The notes beneath the pieces are model-generated. The model was not told the origin of the DNA, did no database searches, and worked only from the letters and a program-made list of their open reading frames with translations. A program made the translations under genes and the position numbers. A DNA stretch of 21,600 nt from Candidatus Hodarchaeota archaeon (GTDB lineage Archaea; Asgardarchaeota; Heimdallarchaeia; Hodarchaeales; Hodarchaeaceae), in contig JAHQWW010000063.1 of NCBI GenBank assembly GCA_029856365.1, positions 1-21,600 on the forward strand, given 5' to 3'. Each line of letters begins with the position of its first letter. Position 1 is the first letter of the stretch. Positions 8,866 through 18,000 of this stretch are shown piece after piece.

Positions 8866-9753
8866 TTATCCTCCTGTGAGTCTATCGATGATATCACGAA
8901 GCAATTGTATATGGGTCGGTCCAGTACCACAACATCCTCCAACAATCTGGCCATCGTGTTCGAGAATTTGCTTTATGTCTTTAGCAAAGTCCTCAGGAGT
9001 TTGTTTGTAGACTGATTTACCATTTTCTAGTTGTGGATTTCCAGCGTTCGGTTTAATCGAAAGTGGGAACTTTGGTGCGGTAACCCTCATGACCCGTACT
9101 AGTTCGATGAAATCACTACTACTAAGAGTACAATTCGATCCAATGACAGCCACTCCTGAATCGATTAGTTCAGAAACACAATCTATTAATGAATTTCCCA
9201 TAACTGTAAAGTATCCTTTAGGAGTCTTTTTATAAGTCATGCTAGCGATTATTGGCTTATTTGATTCAATTTGGACAGCTAGTATTGCTGCTTTCATCTC
9301 TTGTATATCAGAGAAAGTCTCAATATGCCACGCGTCAATGAAGGGTGCAAGAGCACGCGCTTGCTTTTGAAAGCCCTTTTTCAGATCGTTAATAGATGCG
9401 TTACCGACTGGTGGTAGGAATTCTCCACTAGGCCCAATATCACCTATCACACATTTATTTGGAGGGCATATACTCCTTAATATTTTCCCAGAACTCTTGT
9501 TAATATCTTCAAGAAGGTTCTGGATGCCATACTTCTCAAGAGCAACACCATTTGCTCTGAAAGTGGCAGTTTGAACTAAATCACTCCCAGCTTTGTAATA
9601 TTGTTCAAAAATCTCCCTGATGACCTCAGGATGATCTATGTTCCATTTATCAGGAACTTCCCCAAGTTTTAATCCCCTACGCATTAGTTCAGTCCCCATT
9701 GCCCCATCAAATAATAAAATCTCCTTTTCCTTCAGGAGAGAGAGAAAATCCAT
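8866..9753 (-). CDS. Stand-alone homocysteine S-methyltransferase (Hcy/Zn-binding domain of MetH)
   Basis: Motifs LFDGAMGT, GDIGPSG, IETFSD and KPNAG. Zn ligands GSNC and GGCCGT. No pterin or B12 domain is attached. A GAGGT SD precedes the start. Confidence 0.92.
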   Translation of the reverse strand: MDFLSLLKEKEILLFDGAMGTELMRRGLKLGEVPDKWNIDHPEVIREIFEQYYKAGSDLVQTATFRANGVALEKYGIQNLLEDINKSSGKILRSICPPNKCVIGDIGPSGEFLPPVGNASINDLKKGFQKQARALAPFIDAWHIETFSDIQEMKAAILAVQIESNKPIIASMTYKKTPKGYFTVMGNSLIDCVSELIDSGVAVIGSNCTLSSSDFIELVRVMRVTAPKFPLSIKPNAGNPQLENGKSVYKQTPEDFAKDIKQILEHDGQIVGGCCGTGPTHIQLLRDIIDRLTGG

Positions 9754-9779
9754 AAAACCTCATCCATATCTTCGGCGAT

Positions 9780-10427
9780 TTAGGAAAGACCCAGAAGTTG
9801 CTTCGCTTTAGTTACTGCAGCAACAGCATTTTCCGCATAACCATCTGCTTTACATTCTTCCACCCATTTTGAAGTAACAGGGGCGCCACCGAGTATAACT
9901 TTAAATTTATCTCTTATTCCCTGTTGTTCAAGCAACTCTATAATTTTCTTTTGACCTATCATGGTTGTTGTTAACAGAGCGGATACTCCAATGAGATCAG
10001 CTCGATGTTTTACGGCTTCAGCGATGATATCTTCAGCTTTGACGTCAGCTCCCAAATCGATAACTTCAAATCCATTTGCCTTCAACATTGTAGCTACTAT
10101 AGTTTTCCCTATAGTATGGATGTCACCCTCGATGGTCGCCATCACAACTTTACCTTTTGTTTCTCTCGCTCTAGAACCTTCTTCAAGGTGAGGCGTTATA
10201 ATATCCACTGCCTCTTGCATTACTTGAGCTCCTCTCATGAGCTCTGGAAGAAAAAATTCACCTGCATCCCACAAGTTACCAACACGTTTAATCCCTTCAC
10301 CGAAACCTTTTTCGATTGCTTCGAGTAAGGGGAGTTGTTCATCTAAAGCTTTTTGAGCGAGGCTTTTTGCTTTCTCCATATCAAGTTCAACAACACTTGC
10401 TGCCATTTCTTCGTAGATTGAGTCCAT
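9780..10427 (-). CDS. Methyltransferase cognate corrinoid protein (MttC/MtbC-like)
   Basis: Cap domain with GEFFLPEL. B12-binding motifs DIHTIGK (DxHxxG), GVSALLTTTM and LGGAP. A GGTG SD precedes ATG 10427; the ORF track starts at 10439. Confidence 0.93.
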   Translation of the reverse strand: MDSIYEEMAASVVELDMEKAKSLAQKALDEQLPLLEAIEKGFGEGIKRVGNLWDAGEFFLPELMRGAQVMQEAVDIITPHLEEGSRARETKGKVVMATIEGDIHTIGKTIVATMLKANGFEVIDLGADVKAEDIIAEAVKHRADLIGVSALLTTTMIGQKKIIELLEQQGIRDKFKVILGGAPVTSKWVEECKADGYAENAVAAVTKAKQLLGLS

Positions 10428-10590
10428 AATAAGCACCATTAAACTTTGAGGACAGAAACATCATTGATTTTTAAATTTAGTATCAAAAGAATCGTTAATA
10501 TTGTTTATCTATTTAGGTTTTCAAAATTTTTCTTTGGAATAAAAAATGTGGAAAATAAGGTTTAACTAACAAAATCAAATGAAGATTTAT

Positions 10591-12003
10591 TTAATGTAAT
10601 CCTTTCTTGAATTCTTCCATTTGAATGACTCTATTAGTTATTCGTGCTTCTTCTGCCGCAAACGCCATCAAATGACTTTCTAGTGAAGCTTTAGCGCTAG
10701 TTAGGGGTTTTTCACGACCAAGGCGTAAAGAACCAATAAACGAGTTAATTAATCCAGGATCTCCACCGCCATGCCCGCTTCCAGTATCAAATTGCACTTT
10801 TTGGTCTGTAATGATCTCTTCGGTCTCTTTAAAATGATCATAGAGAATTAGCTTTTCTCCTGTAGAAAGAAACTCCCCGATTAGAGTTCCTTTTGTACCA
10901 TCAATGCGAATTGTGCGACCTTCTAAATGTGAATGCCCGTGCATTGTAAAAGTAGCAGTTGTGTTGTTCTCGAATTCAATAATAGTTACCTGATGATCTA
11001 CAACATTGTTATCAGCAAAGTAAACACATTCTCCATAAGGCCCTGTTCGTAAAGCTTCCCATTTTCCTTCTAAAGATAAATCTTCTGTAATGGTAGAGAC
11101 TGGCCATCCTTGGTATTCATAAACTTGTCGAAAGCGAGGAGCTTTCTTTAGTTTTGAAAAGACATGGGGATGCTTCAGAGCTATGCTAGCAATAAACTTA
11201 GGGAAACCTGAACCCCCAATTTGTACAATACGAAGTAGGGGAATAATGTCAATATATATCCGTGGGGCATAATATTTACAGGAGTTAGCTTCTGGACACC
11301 CATCTAAACATCGTTTTGTTGCCCCTTCAGGGGCTTTTTCTGGTTTAAAATGTGTCAAGCTACCAAATGAGCTTATAGATCGTGGTGGGTAACTTACAAG
11401 CCAATAAAGAATGTCTAAATCATGACATGATTTTGCAAGGATCATTGGACTCGAAATACTTTCTTTAGCCCAATTTCCTCTGACAAAAGAATGTGCCATA
11501 TGCCAGTAAGAAACGTTTTCTCGGAGATCAATTGTTATTATATCTCCTAATTGGCCTGATCGAATGATTTCATGGATTTTAGTAAAAAAAGGAGTATATC
11601 GTAAAACATGAGCGATTCTTAGTTGTTGTTCTGTCTCCTCGGCCTTTTTCACCAAGAGGATACATTCAGTAATAGTGGTGGCCATTGGTTTTTCTAATAA
11701 CACATGATAACCAAGCTTCAATGCCTGTAATGCAGGTTTAGTATGCATCTGGTCTTGCGTGCAGATAAAAGCTGCATCAGCCAGTTTGGAATCACTTAAT
11801 AAATCCTCCCAAGTCTTGAATTGGTATGAAGAAGAAATTCTATGGGCTTGGGCAAATTGTTTTCGTCGGATTGGGTGGGGTTCTGCAACTGCAACTATCT
11901 GGAGTTCTTCAGGATTGTTTAAAGCATATTGGCCGTAAACTGATGTACCACGATTCCCAGCACCAACTATCACAGCAGTTATACACTCTTTTGCATGCAA
12001 CAT
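10591..12003 (-). CDS. Gfo/Idh/MocA family NAD(P)-dependent oxidoreductase
   Basis: Motifs VGAGNRG, HVLLEKPM, HVLRYTPFF, KSCHDLD, DNNVVDHQV and GHGGGD. Start ATG 12003; the ORF track uses GTG 12009. Confidence 0.92.
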   Translation of the reverse strand: MLHAKECITAVIVGAGNRGTSVYGQYALNNPEELQIVAVAEPHPIRRKQFAQAHRISSSYQFKTWEDLLSDSKLADAAFICTQDQMHTKPALQALKLGYHVLLEKPMATTITECILLVKKAEETEQQLRIAHVLRYTPFFTKIHEIIRSGQLGDIITIDLRENVSYWHMAHSFVRGNWAKESISSPMILAKSCHDLDILYWLVSYPPRSISSFGSLTHFKPEKAPEGATKRCLDGCPEANSCKYYAPRIYIDIIPLLRIVQIGGSGFPKFIASIALKHPHVFSKLKKAPRFRQVYEYQGWPVSTITEDLSLEGKWEALRTGPYGECVYFADNNVVDHQVTIIEFENNTTATFTMHGHSHLEGRTIRIDGTKGTLIGEFLSTGEKLILYDHFKETEEIITDQKVQFDTGSGHGGGDPGLINSFIGSLRLGREKPLTSAKASLESHLMAFAAEEARITNRVIQMEEFKKGLH

Positions 12004-12118
12004 TTTCACAATCTTTTATATTAGAAAGTCCAAAACCTCCCCTTTCTTGGAACTTTATTTAGATTATTCTCAAGATTATAATTGTGATAAAGGCATGTGA
12101 TTAGAAATAGAATTAAAA

Positions 12119-13009
12119 TCAAGAAATTCTTCTTAAATAAGTTCTACCAACTATTAGGAGAATAAATCCGAAAAATATCACCAAGAAATTAAACCCAGGG
12201 GTATTGTTACTTAGAATTTTATCTAAATCAGTTCTTTCCAACTCTAGATCTAGAGCAAAATCAGCATTAAGAGATTGTTTGTAACTTCCTTTCATATAGG
12301 TAGTTATTTCATACGTGAGAAGTACTCCTGTGACTTTCTCCCAACGAAAACTTGCACTAAAGTCAAATTGAAGATCAATCTCCTCTTCTATGTTTTTCAT
12401 ATTCCCTTCATAATGGATCCACATATGATAATCTCGCTCATTATTAGAGTCATTTAATTCCAAAATTGTTTCCATTCCTTCTAATGCACCTGGAAGAGTA
12501 GATTGGTTCCATATTTGTAAAGGAGAAGATAACAACTTGTCCACTGGCACTAGAAAGACCCAATCACCGATAGTAATACCTGAATTGCTGAGTAAAAAAT
12601 CGTACCCTGTGCCTAGCACTCCACGACCCAATGATTCTTGAATTCCATATTCAAATAGCATTGCTGAGCTATTAGCTATCACAGAAGTATTATTCCAGTC
12701 GAGTTGATATGTAGTTATTTCCAAGTCTGTTGAATTTGCAGAAAGAACAGTCATAGTGATTGTTTCCTGTACAGGAACTACAGTATCCCCCAATCGATAA
12801 CCTTCTGTGGAAGATGTAATGTCAAATAATCCAGTAGAATATTTGAAATATCGAGAAGCTTTTTTCACGATGAAAGCCCAGGAATCGTTTGGCTTAACTC
12901 CAAATGAATGATTGGAGGCACTAGAGCAAATGAATACCGTACTTAGTAATATCAAGAAAAAGAGAATGCTAGAGACAAACCAAGAAAAATGTTTAGATTT
13001 CAATCTCAC
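12119..13009 (-). CDS. Secreted, membrane-anchored cell-surface (glyco)protein with C-terminal TPGF-TM-basic sorting signal
   Basis: N-terminal signal peptide (KSKHFSWFVSSILFFLILLSTVFICSSA), beta-rich body and nine N-x-S/T sequons. The C-terminus NNTPGFNFLVIFFGFILLIVGRTYLRRIS resembles PGF-CTERM-type anchors. The start is GTG 13009, or TTG 13003 after AAGGTGA. Confidence 0.75.
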   Translation of the reverse strand: MRLKSKHFSWFVSSILFFLILLSTVFICSSASNHSFGVKPNDSWAFIVKKASRYFKYSTGLFDITSSTEGYRLGDTVVPVQETITMTVLSANSTDLEITTYQLDWNNTSVIANSSAMLFEYGIQESLGRGVLGTGYDFLLSNSGITIGDWVFLVPVDKLLSSPLQIWNQSTLPGALEGMETILELNDSNNERDYHMWIHYEGNMKNIEEEIDLQFDFSASFRWEKVTGVLLTYEITTYMKGSYKQSLNADFALDLELERTDLDKILSNNTPGFNFLVIFFGFILLIVGRTYLRRIS

Positions 13010-13243
13010 CTTAATCAAGATACATCCTGATTGACATAACTTATATAATTTTAGAAGAAGGAAGTAGTTTTTAATTCCATGAATCAATTTATGTTTTTTC
13101 TGATTGCAGAAGACAAAAAATTCAATATAATTAGAGTAAATGATGATCAATACTATTTATTATTATTAATTGTCATTGTTTGCCCCGAATACTATGATTT
13201 AAAGACAAAACATTTAAATTTCATAGAATTTGTTTTTTTAATA

Positions 13244-13699
13244 CTAAGAAGCAGGTTCTATTTTGATTTCATAATTAATCGCTGGTTTTATATGTTTTCC
13301 AATAATACAATACTTTGGGATAAGATCACACACTCTTTGTAGAAGAAATACATCACCGCTAATATTGATCATACACTTAATTGTAGAAATTTCATAATCG
13401 TTTTTTAATCTATTAAACTGAATTTCAGCTGACGTGGTAACACTGAGGGTTTCAGGTTCGGTATGGAGGCTATCACATAATTGAAGTATTGTACTCAACG
13501 TACAAGTAGCTACAGCAGCTAGAAACAAATCCTCAGGTGAGGGGTGATCAGTTCCTCCAAAAACTGGAGGACAACTAAAAGGAAGAGGCTTTCTCCATCC
13601 TGTTGTGACAAAATATCCTTTTCTCTTCTCCTCCCAAGTAGCTACGGTCTTTATGTCAAAATTCTTAGCTTCAGGTTTAATCATGGTTAATATTTCCAT
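13244..13699 (-). CDS. OsmC/Ohr family protein
   Basis: PPVFGG..SPEDLFLAAVATC with a second Cys in KYCII, matching the two-Cys OsmC pattern. Confidence 0.85.
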   Translation of the reverse strand: MEILTMIKPEAKNFDIKTVATWEEKRKGYFVTTGWRKPLPFSCPPVFGGTDHPSPEDLFLAAVATCTLSTILQLCDSLHTEPETLSVTTSAEIQFNRLKNDYEISTIKCMINISGDVFLLQRVCDLIPKYCIIGKHIKPAINYEIKIEPAS

Positions 13700-13827
13700 A
13701 TAACTGTTAATTAAGAGCTTTTAGGTTTAATGACACTTTTATATTAGGATTTGTGATTTTAGAACGTTTTGCTTATTGGGAATCTAGAGATTAATTATAT
13801 GATAAAGAATTTGTGGAATGAGTTGCA

Positions 13828-14184
13828 ATGAAGAAAATGCCTATTAATTCAATCATAAACGAAGATTGTCTGATATTCATTCCTAAATGCATACCTGATG
13901 AATCCATTGATATTATTATCACAGATCCTCCGTATGGTATATCATCTGGCAACAAGCTTTCAATGAAAAATGTCAAGAAACAAAAAGGTTTTGGTGGGGA
14001 TTGGAACATAATTGACGAAGACTGGGATACATTTTCATTTCAAGATTATTCTATCTTAATTAAGAAAATGTTAAAGGAAAGCCACAGAGTTTTAAAACCA
14101 ACAGGAACGATGTTCGTATGTGGAACCTACCGTAATATTGGAATAATTAACGGTAGTTTTACTTACTTATTTATATACTATTGA
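13828..14184 (+). pseudogene. 3'-truncated beta-class amino (N6-A/N4-C) DNA methyltransferase
   Basis: Motifs IINEDC, DESIDIIITDPPY (motif IV), DEDWDTFS and HRVLKPTG. Recognisable similarity stops near 14151, and the FxGxG SAM-binding motif I is absent. Only 118 aa. Confidence 0.8.
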
Positions 14185-14370
14185 TTTTTTTATGCTTCAT
14201 TTTGTCTAATTTGTCGTTTATGGATGATTAGATGAAGTTAAGTTGGTTCTTTTTTTAATTAATTCGATAAATATTTGAATATAGCGCAAGTCATCAATCG
14301 TTGGATTCTATACATATCAGATTTCATATAGATGAGAAGTCTTTTTCATCAAAGAAAGACCTGAGTGTAA

Positions 14371-15027
14371 TTAAAGAACATTATTGTTAAAGATAGACTG
14401 CAGAATTTGGTAAACCCTTAACAATAAATCTGTTGGAAAAAATTCAATCCGTCCGTGCACTAAATCGTTCCGTATTAGACGAAACCTGTTGATCGCCATC
14501 ACTTCGAGCAGTTCAATGAGGTTCTGTTTAGCTGCCATTTCAACGATATTTTTTACACTTGCTCGTTCCGAAGCCCCGACTTTTGATCGCAGTTCACAGT
14601 TGAAGCGCTTATACACATAGTTAACCAATGAAATGCGTTCATGAATTGTAATATGTTGATTCTGTTCTAGAGCAGCGATGAGTTCTGGATACGACCTTTC
14701 ATAGATAGAGGGAGTTTCTTGTAGGGGTTCCATGTTAGGGGATTGGGCTCGTTTAGCATGCCTTTTTCGTGCCTCCTTAATTGCTGCAGTTAGATCCGAG
14801 TAGTACGGGTACAGAGAGGGAAATTCATATGATGCCCCTTGATAATGAAAGGCAAAAGCATAAACATCAGCTTCTTCCCACTCGATTACACCCTCGTGGG
14901 AGATTTCTATTATGTCAAACATGAAAATTTCGTCTTGTTGGTGAATGATGAGATAATTCTCAGTGACTGCGTATTCATCTCCTTGGATGGTTTTATCACT
15001 AGCGATAATTGTATCATTGGAGGACAT
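14371..15027 (-). CDS. Putative HEPN-domain RNase with N-terminal PH-like beta domain
   Basis: The all-helical C-terminal half carries RNDLVH (RxxxxH, 14455-14472). The N-terminal ~90 aa is a run of short beta-strand-like segments capped by one helix (SDLTAAIKEARKRH). It starts 20 bp after the Type IIG stop codon. Confidence 0.6.
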   Translation of the reverse strand: MSSNDTIIASDKTIQGDEYAVTENYLIIHQQDEIFMFDIIEISHEGVIEWEEADVYAFAFHYQGASYEFPSLYPYYSDLTAAIKEARKRHAKRAQSPNMEPLQETPSIYERSYPELIAALEQNQHITIHERISLVNYVYKRFNCELRSKVGASERASVKNIVEMAAKQNLIELLEVMAINRFRLIRNDLVHGRIEFFPTDLLLRVYQILQSIFNNNVL

Positions 15028-15047
15028 AGAAACATCATACCTAGTAT

Positions 15048-18000
15048 TTAACCTTTCTTTGATAGGCTATTTTCTACTACCCGCTTATGTGTCTCATCCA
15101 AATCAAAACTCTTCCGAGCTATTTCCTCGGATAATTCTGTTAGAAAAGTGATCAGAGAATCTATCTTGGTGATTCTCTCCAATTTTTCAGAATAAACCTC
15201 AATTATATCTCGATATTCGGACAGTGTGATTGAGTATACACGTTCTAGTCTCCGTCTAAAGGTTGGCCACTCTTCGTGACCTATTTTCTCCAATAGTTGG
15301 TAATTTATATCCTGTTTTTCATCTGAAGACGCTTTTACACTTGGGTAATTTGAGGATACAAACTGAAAGAAGTCGTATTGCAGCTGCTTAATCTCTTTAT
15401 GTAAGTTAATAATTTCTTCAACGATACACGCTAAGGCATCATGATTTCCTTGGGTAGGATTTTCATAATTTTCAGAAATTAAGTCTTCAATATGTAATAG
15501 ATTTAAATCGGGTTTGTTGATCTCAATGGAACTTTCCAAGATGTCTGATATCATCGTGGTTAGCTTTTCTTGAAATCGTTCTGTTGTATTTGACGATTCA
15601 GTAAAATGGACTTTAGGGATTGGTATTAAGGAGGAATAGGCGTAATCCATTACTCGCGATGTTTCAGTTGTTTTACTGAATAGAACATTCGCTAGATAAA
15701 AAGATGGGTAAGGACTGTTAATGATCCCACATAAATAGAACAAGGAATATGTACATCCCTCAGGGGGAAGAACGTTCACGAGCTTTTCGGTAGTACATAA
15801 TTCACCACGGGAATCGACATAACTTACGAGACGATTCCCCCGTAAAACTTTGATAAAAACTCTTTTTGTGGTTGTCCTCATAGTACGATCCAAATACCGT
15901 TGATAATTAGGATCGGAAAGGTCAATATCATAATAGCGAGTGATCCAATACCTTTGGACGTGAGGAATTTTGTTTATCCAGACAAAATGGTTGTCTGGGA
16001 GATCAACCAAATTTGGCTCAAGATAAAATGACTCACTTAATGTTTTCCGTTTGATTTTGTCAGGTATATATGGCCCTCGAAAGATCCGTTCGGAAGATTC
16101 GACTAGCTCCCCTAAACTGATAGAGTTTTGTGTGATTCGGTTAACTACCTCAATCTCTCCCTCTGATAAGCCTCTAAATATAATAATCCCATTCTGATTA
16201 AAGAAGTCATAGGGAACATCATTCTCAGCAATAATGGTCTTTTGAGGTAATGGTGTTCGTAACGGGAGTGCAACAGAAATGCTTACCGCGTTCTGTAAAT
16301 GCTTTTTCCGTTTTAATGATCCAATTAGAATTATTGTTTCATAATTGACATCTTCAAACGCCAACCCTGTATCCATTACATGCATCAGATCTGCCTTACG
16401 AAATAAAGCAAAACGAGTGTCAGCCCACAGGGAATAGAAAGAGAGTGTTTTTGGTAAAATAATTCCAAAATGTTTGCATAAAGAAAGCATTTTGACAGTA
16501 AAGTAAGCTGCTGTGTCCTTATGAGTTTTATAAAGCTTCTTGAAATATTTTTTATGAATAGTGGATATCTCTCCTCCATATGGTGGGTTGGTTAAAATAA
16601 AATCAAACCTACGGGCTTTTTCTGACGGGTTCAACAGTGAATCTATGAATTCTAAATCTGTATGAAAATAGTGTTCTGTGTTCGCTTCTTTAACAACCTC
16701 TTGAACGAATTCATCAGAAAGATCAATGGTTTTTGTAGTGTTATAGTTTCTAATGATGTTCGAGACGTAATTTCTTCGATCTTGGTCTTCTCTAGAGGTG
16801 TGAATTTTTGTCCACAAATGTAGATGACATATGATTTTTAGATCATGTATAGCTTCTTGAATAAGATCATACGTGGTTTGACTCTCGCGGACATTTCGAG
16901 AGCTAATATCAGCTTGTTGAAGTAGTGATTCGATATGCTGATTCAACGAAAATTTTGGAGAGATATAGATGTCTAATGTTTGTTTGTATGTGTCCTGTAA
17001 TTCTCTCCATCGAATTCCTAATAACGTATTCCCTACACGAATATGGTGATCTAAAAAACTTAGTGGAAATTCTGATGTGAACGAGGTAAGCCATAACGAA
17101 ACTTGGGCTAGTTCAACGGCGAGAGGGTTAATATCAACACCATACAGACATCTCCTAAGAATTAACCGTTCAATAAAAATGAGTGGATCAACATTCGGAT
17201 TGTTTGTTGATAAAGGTGAAAATTGATACAATTTCCCATCCAGTTGATAGTGCTCCCCTAAGATCGATTCTGTCCATTCTCTTAAGAATTCGAATGCGTA
17301 TACTAAGAAATGACCACTCCCTACTGCTGGATCTAAAATTCGTAGTCGTAACATCCTCGCCAAAGGATCATATTGGCGAAGTTGGGCTATTTTCTCTTTT
17401 CGTGTTCTGTTCTCTTGTATGTCTACCCCTGTTAACATTTCTTCGAAAGTGGTTTTGAACTGTACAAGTGCTAGCCCCAAGGTCTCCTCAGTGATAAATC
17501 GTACGATATAATCAGGTGTAAAATATGATCCAGTAGCCTTTCGTTCGTTATTGTCTCCGACTAAATATAGCTCCCCTGCTGGGATGGTCTTAAGGACTTC
17601 ATCTGTATTCCGAAGATCTGTTATTGGCACAATTATTTCTGAATCGTTTCTTTTGATAATCTTCAATTCTTCCTGCGCGAGTTGAAGCTGGAATCGTAGC
17701 AATGATTCGTAGATACTCCCAAGATGTCTCACCGATAACTCTGCATAGTTAATCCAGATCGGAGCTCCGTTATTCGTTGATCTGCGGTCTCGTGATAGTC
17801 GATCAATTACTTCAGACATTATGTAATCAGGGATCGTAATCGTCTGGAAAGTTGGATAATGTTCATCATCAAATAACCGTCCATTATAGGCAGGCACTTG
17901 TAATTGTGAGTCTCCACTAGTCATAATCTGAAAGACAGCCCTTAGAGCCTCGTATATTCGTGTTTGTCTAGAGCTGAAAGTTCGTCCCTCATCCATTCGG

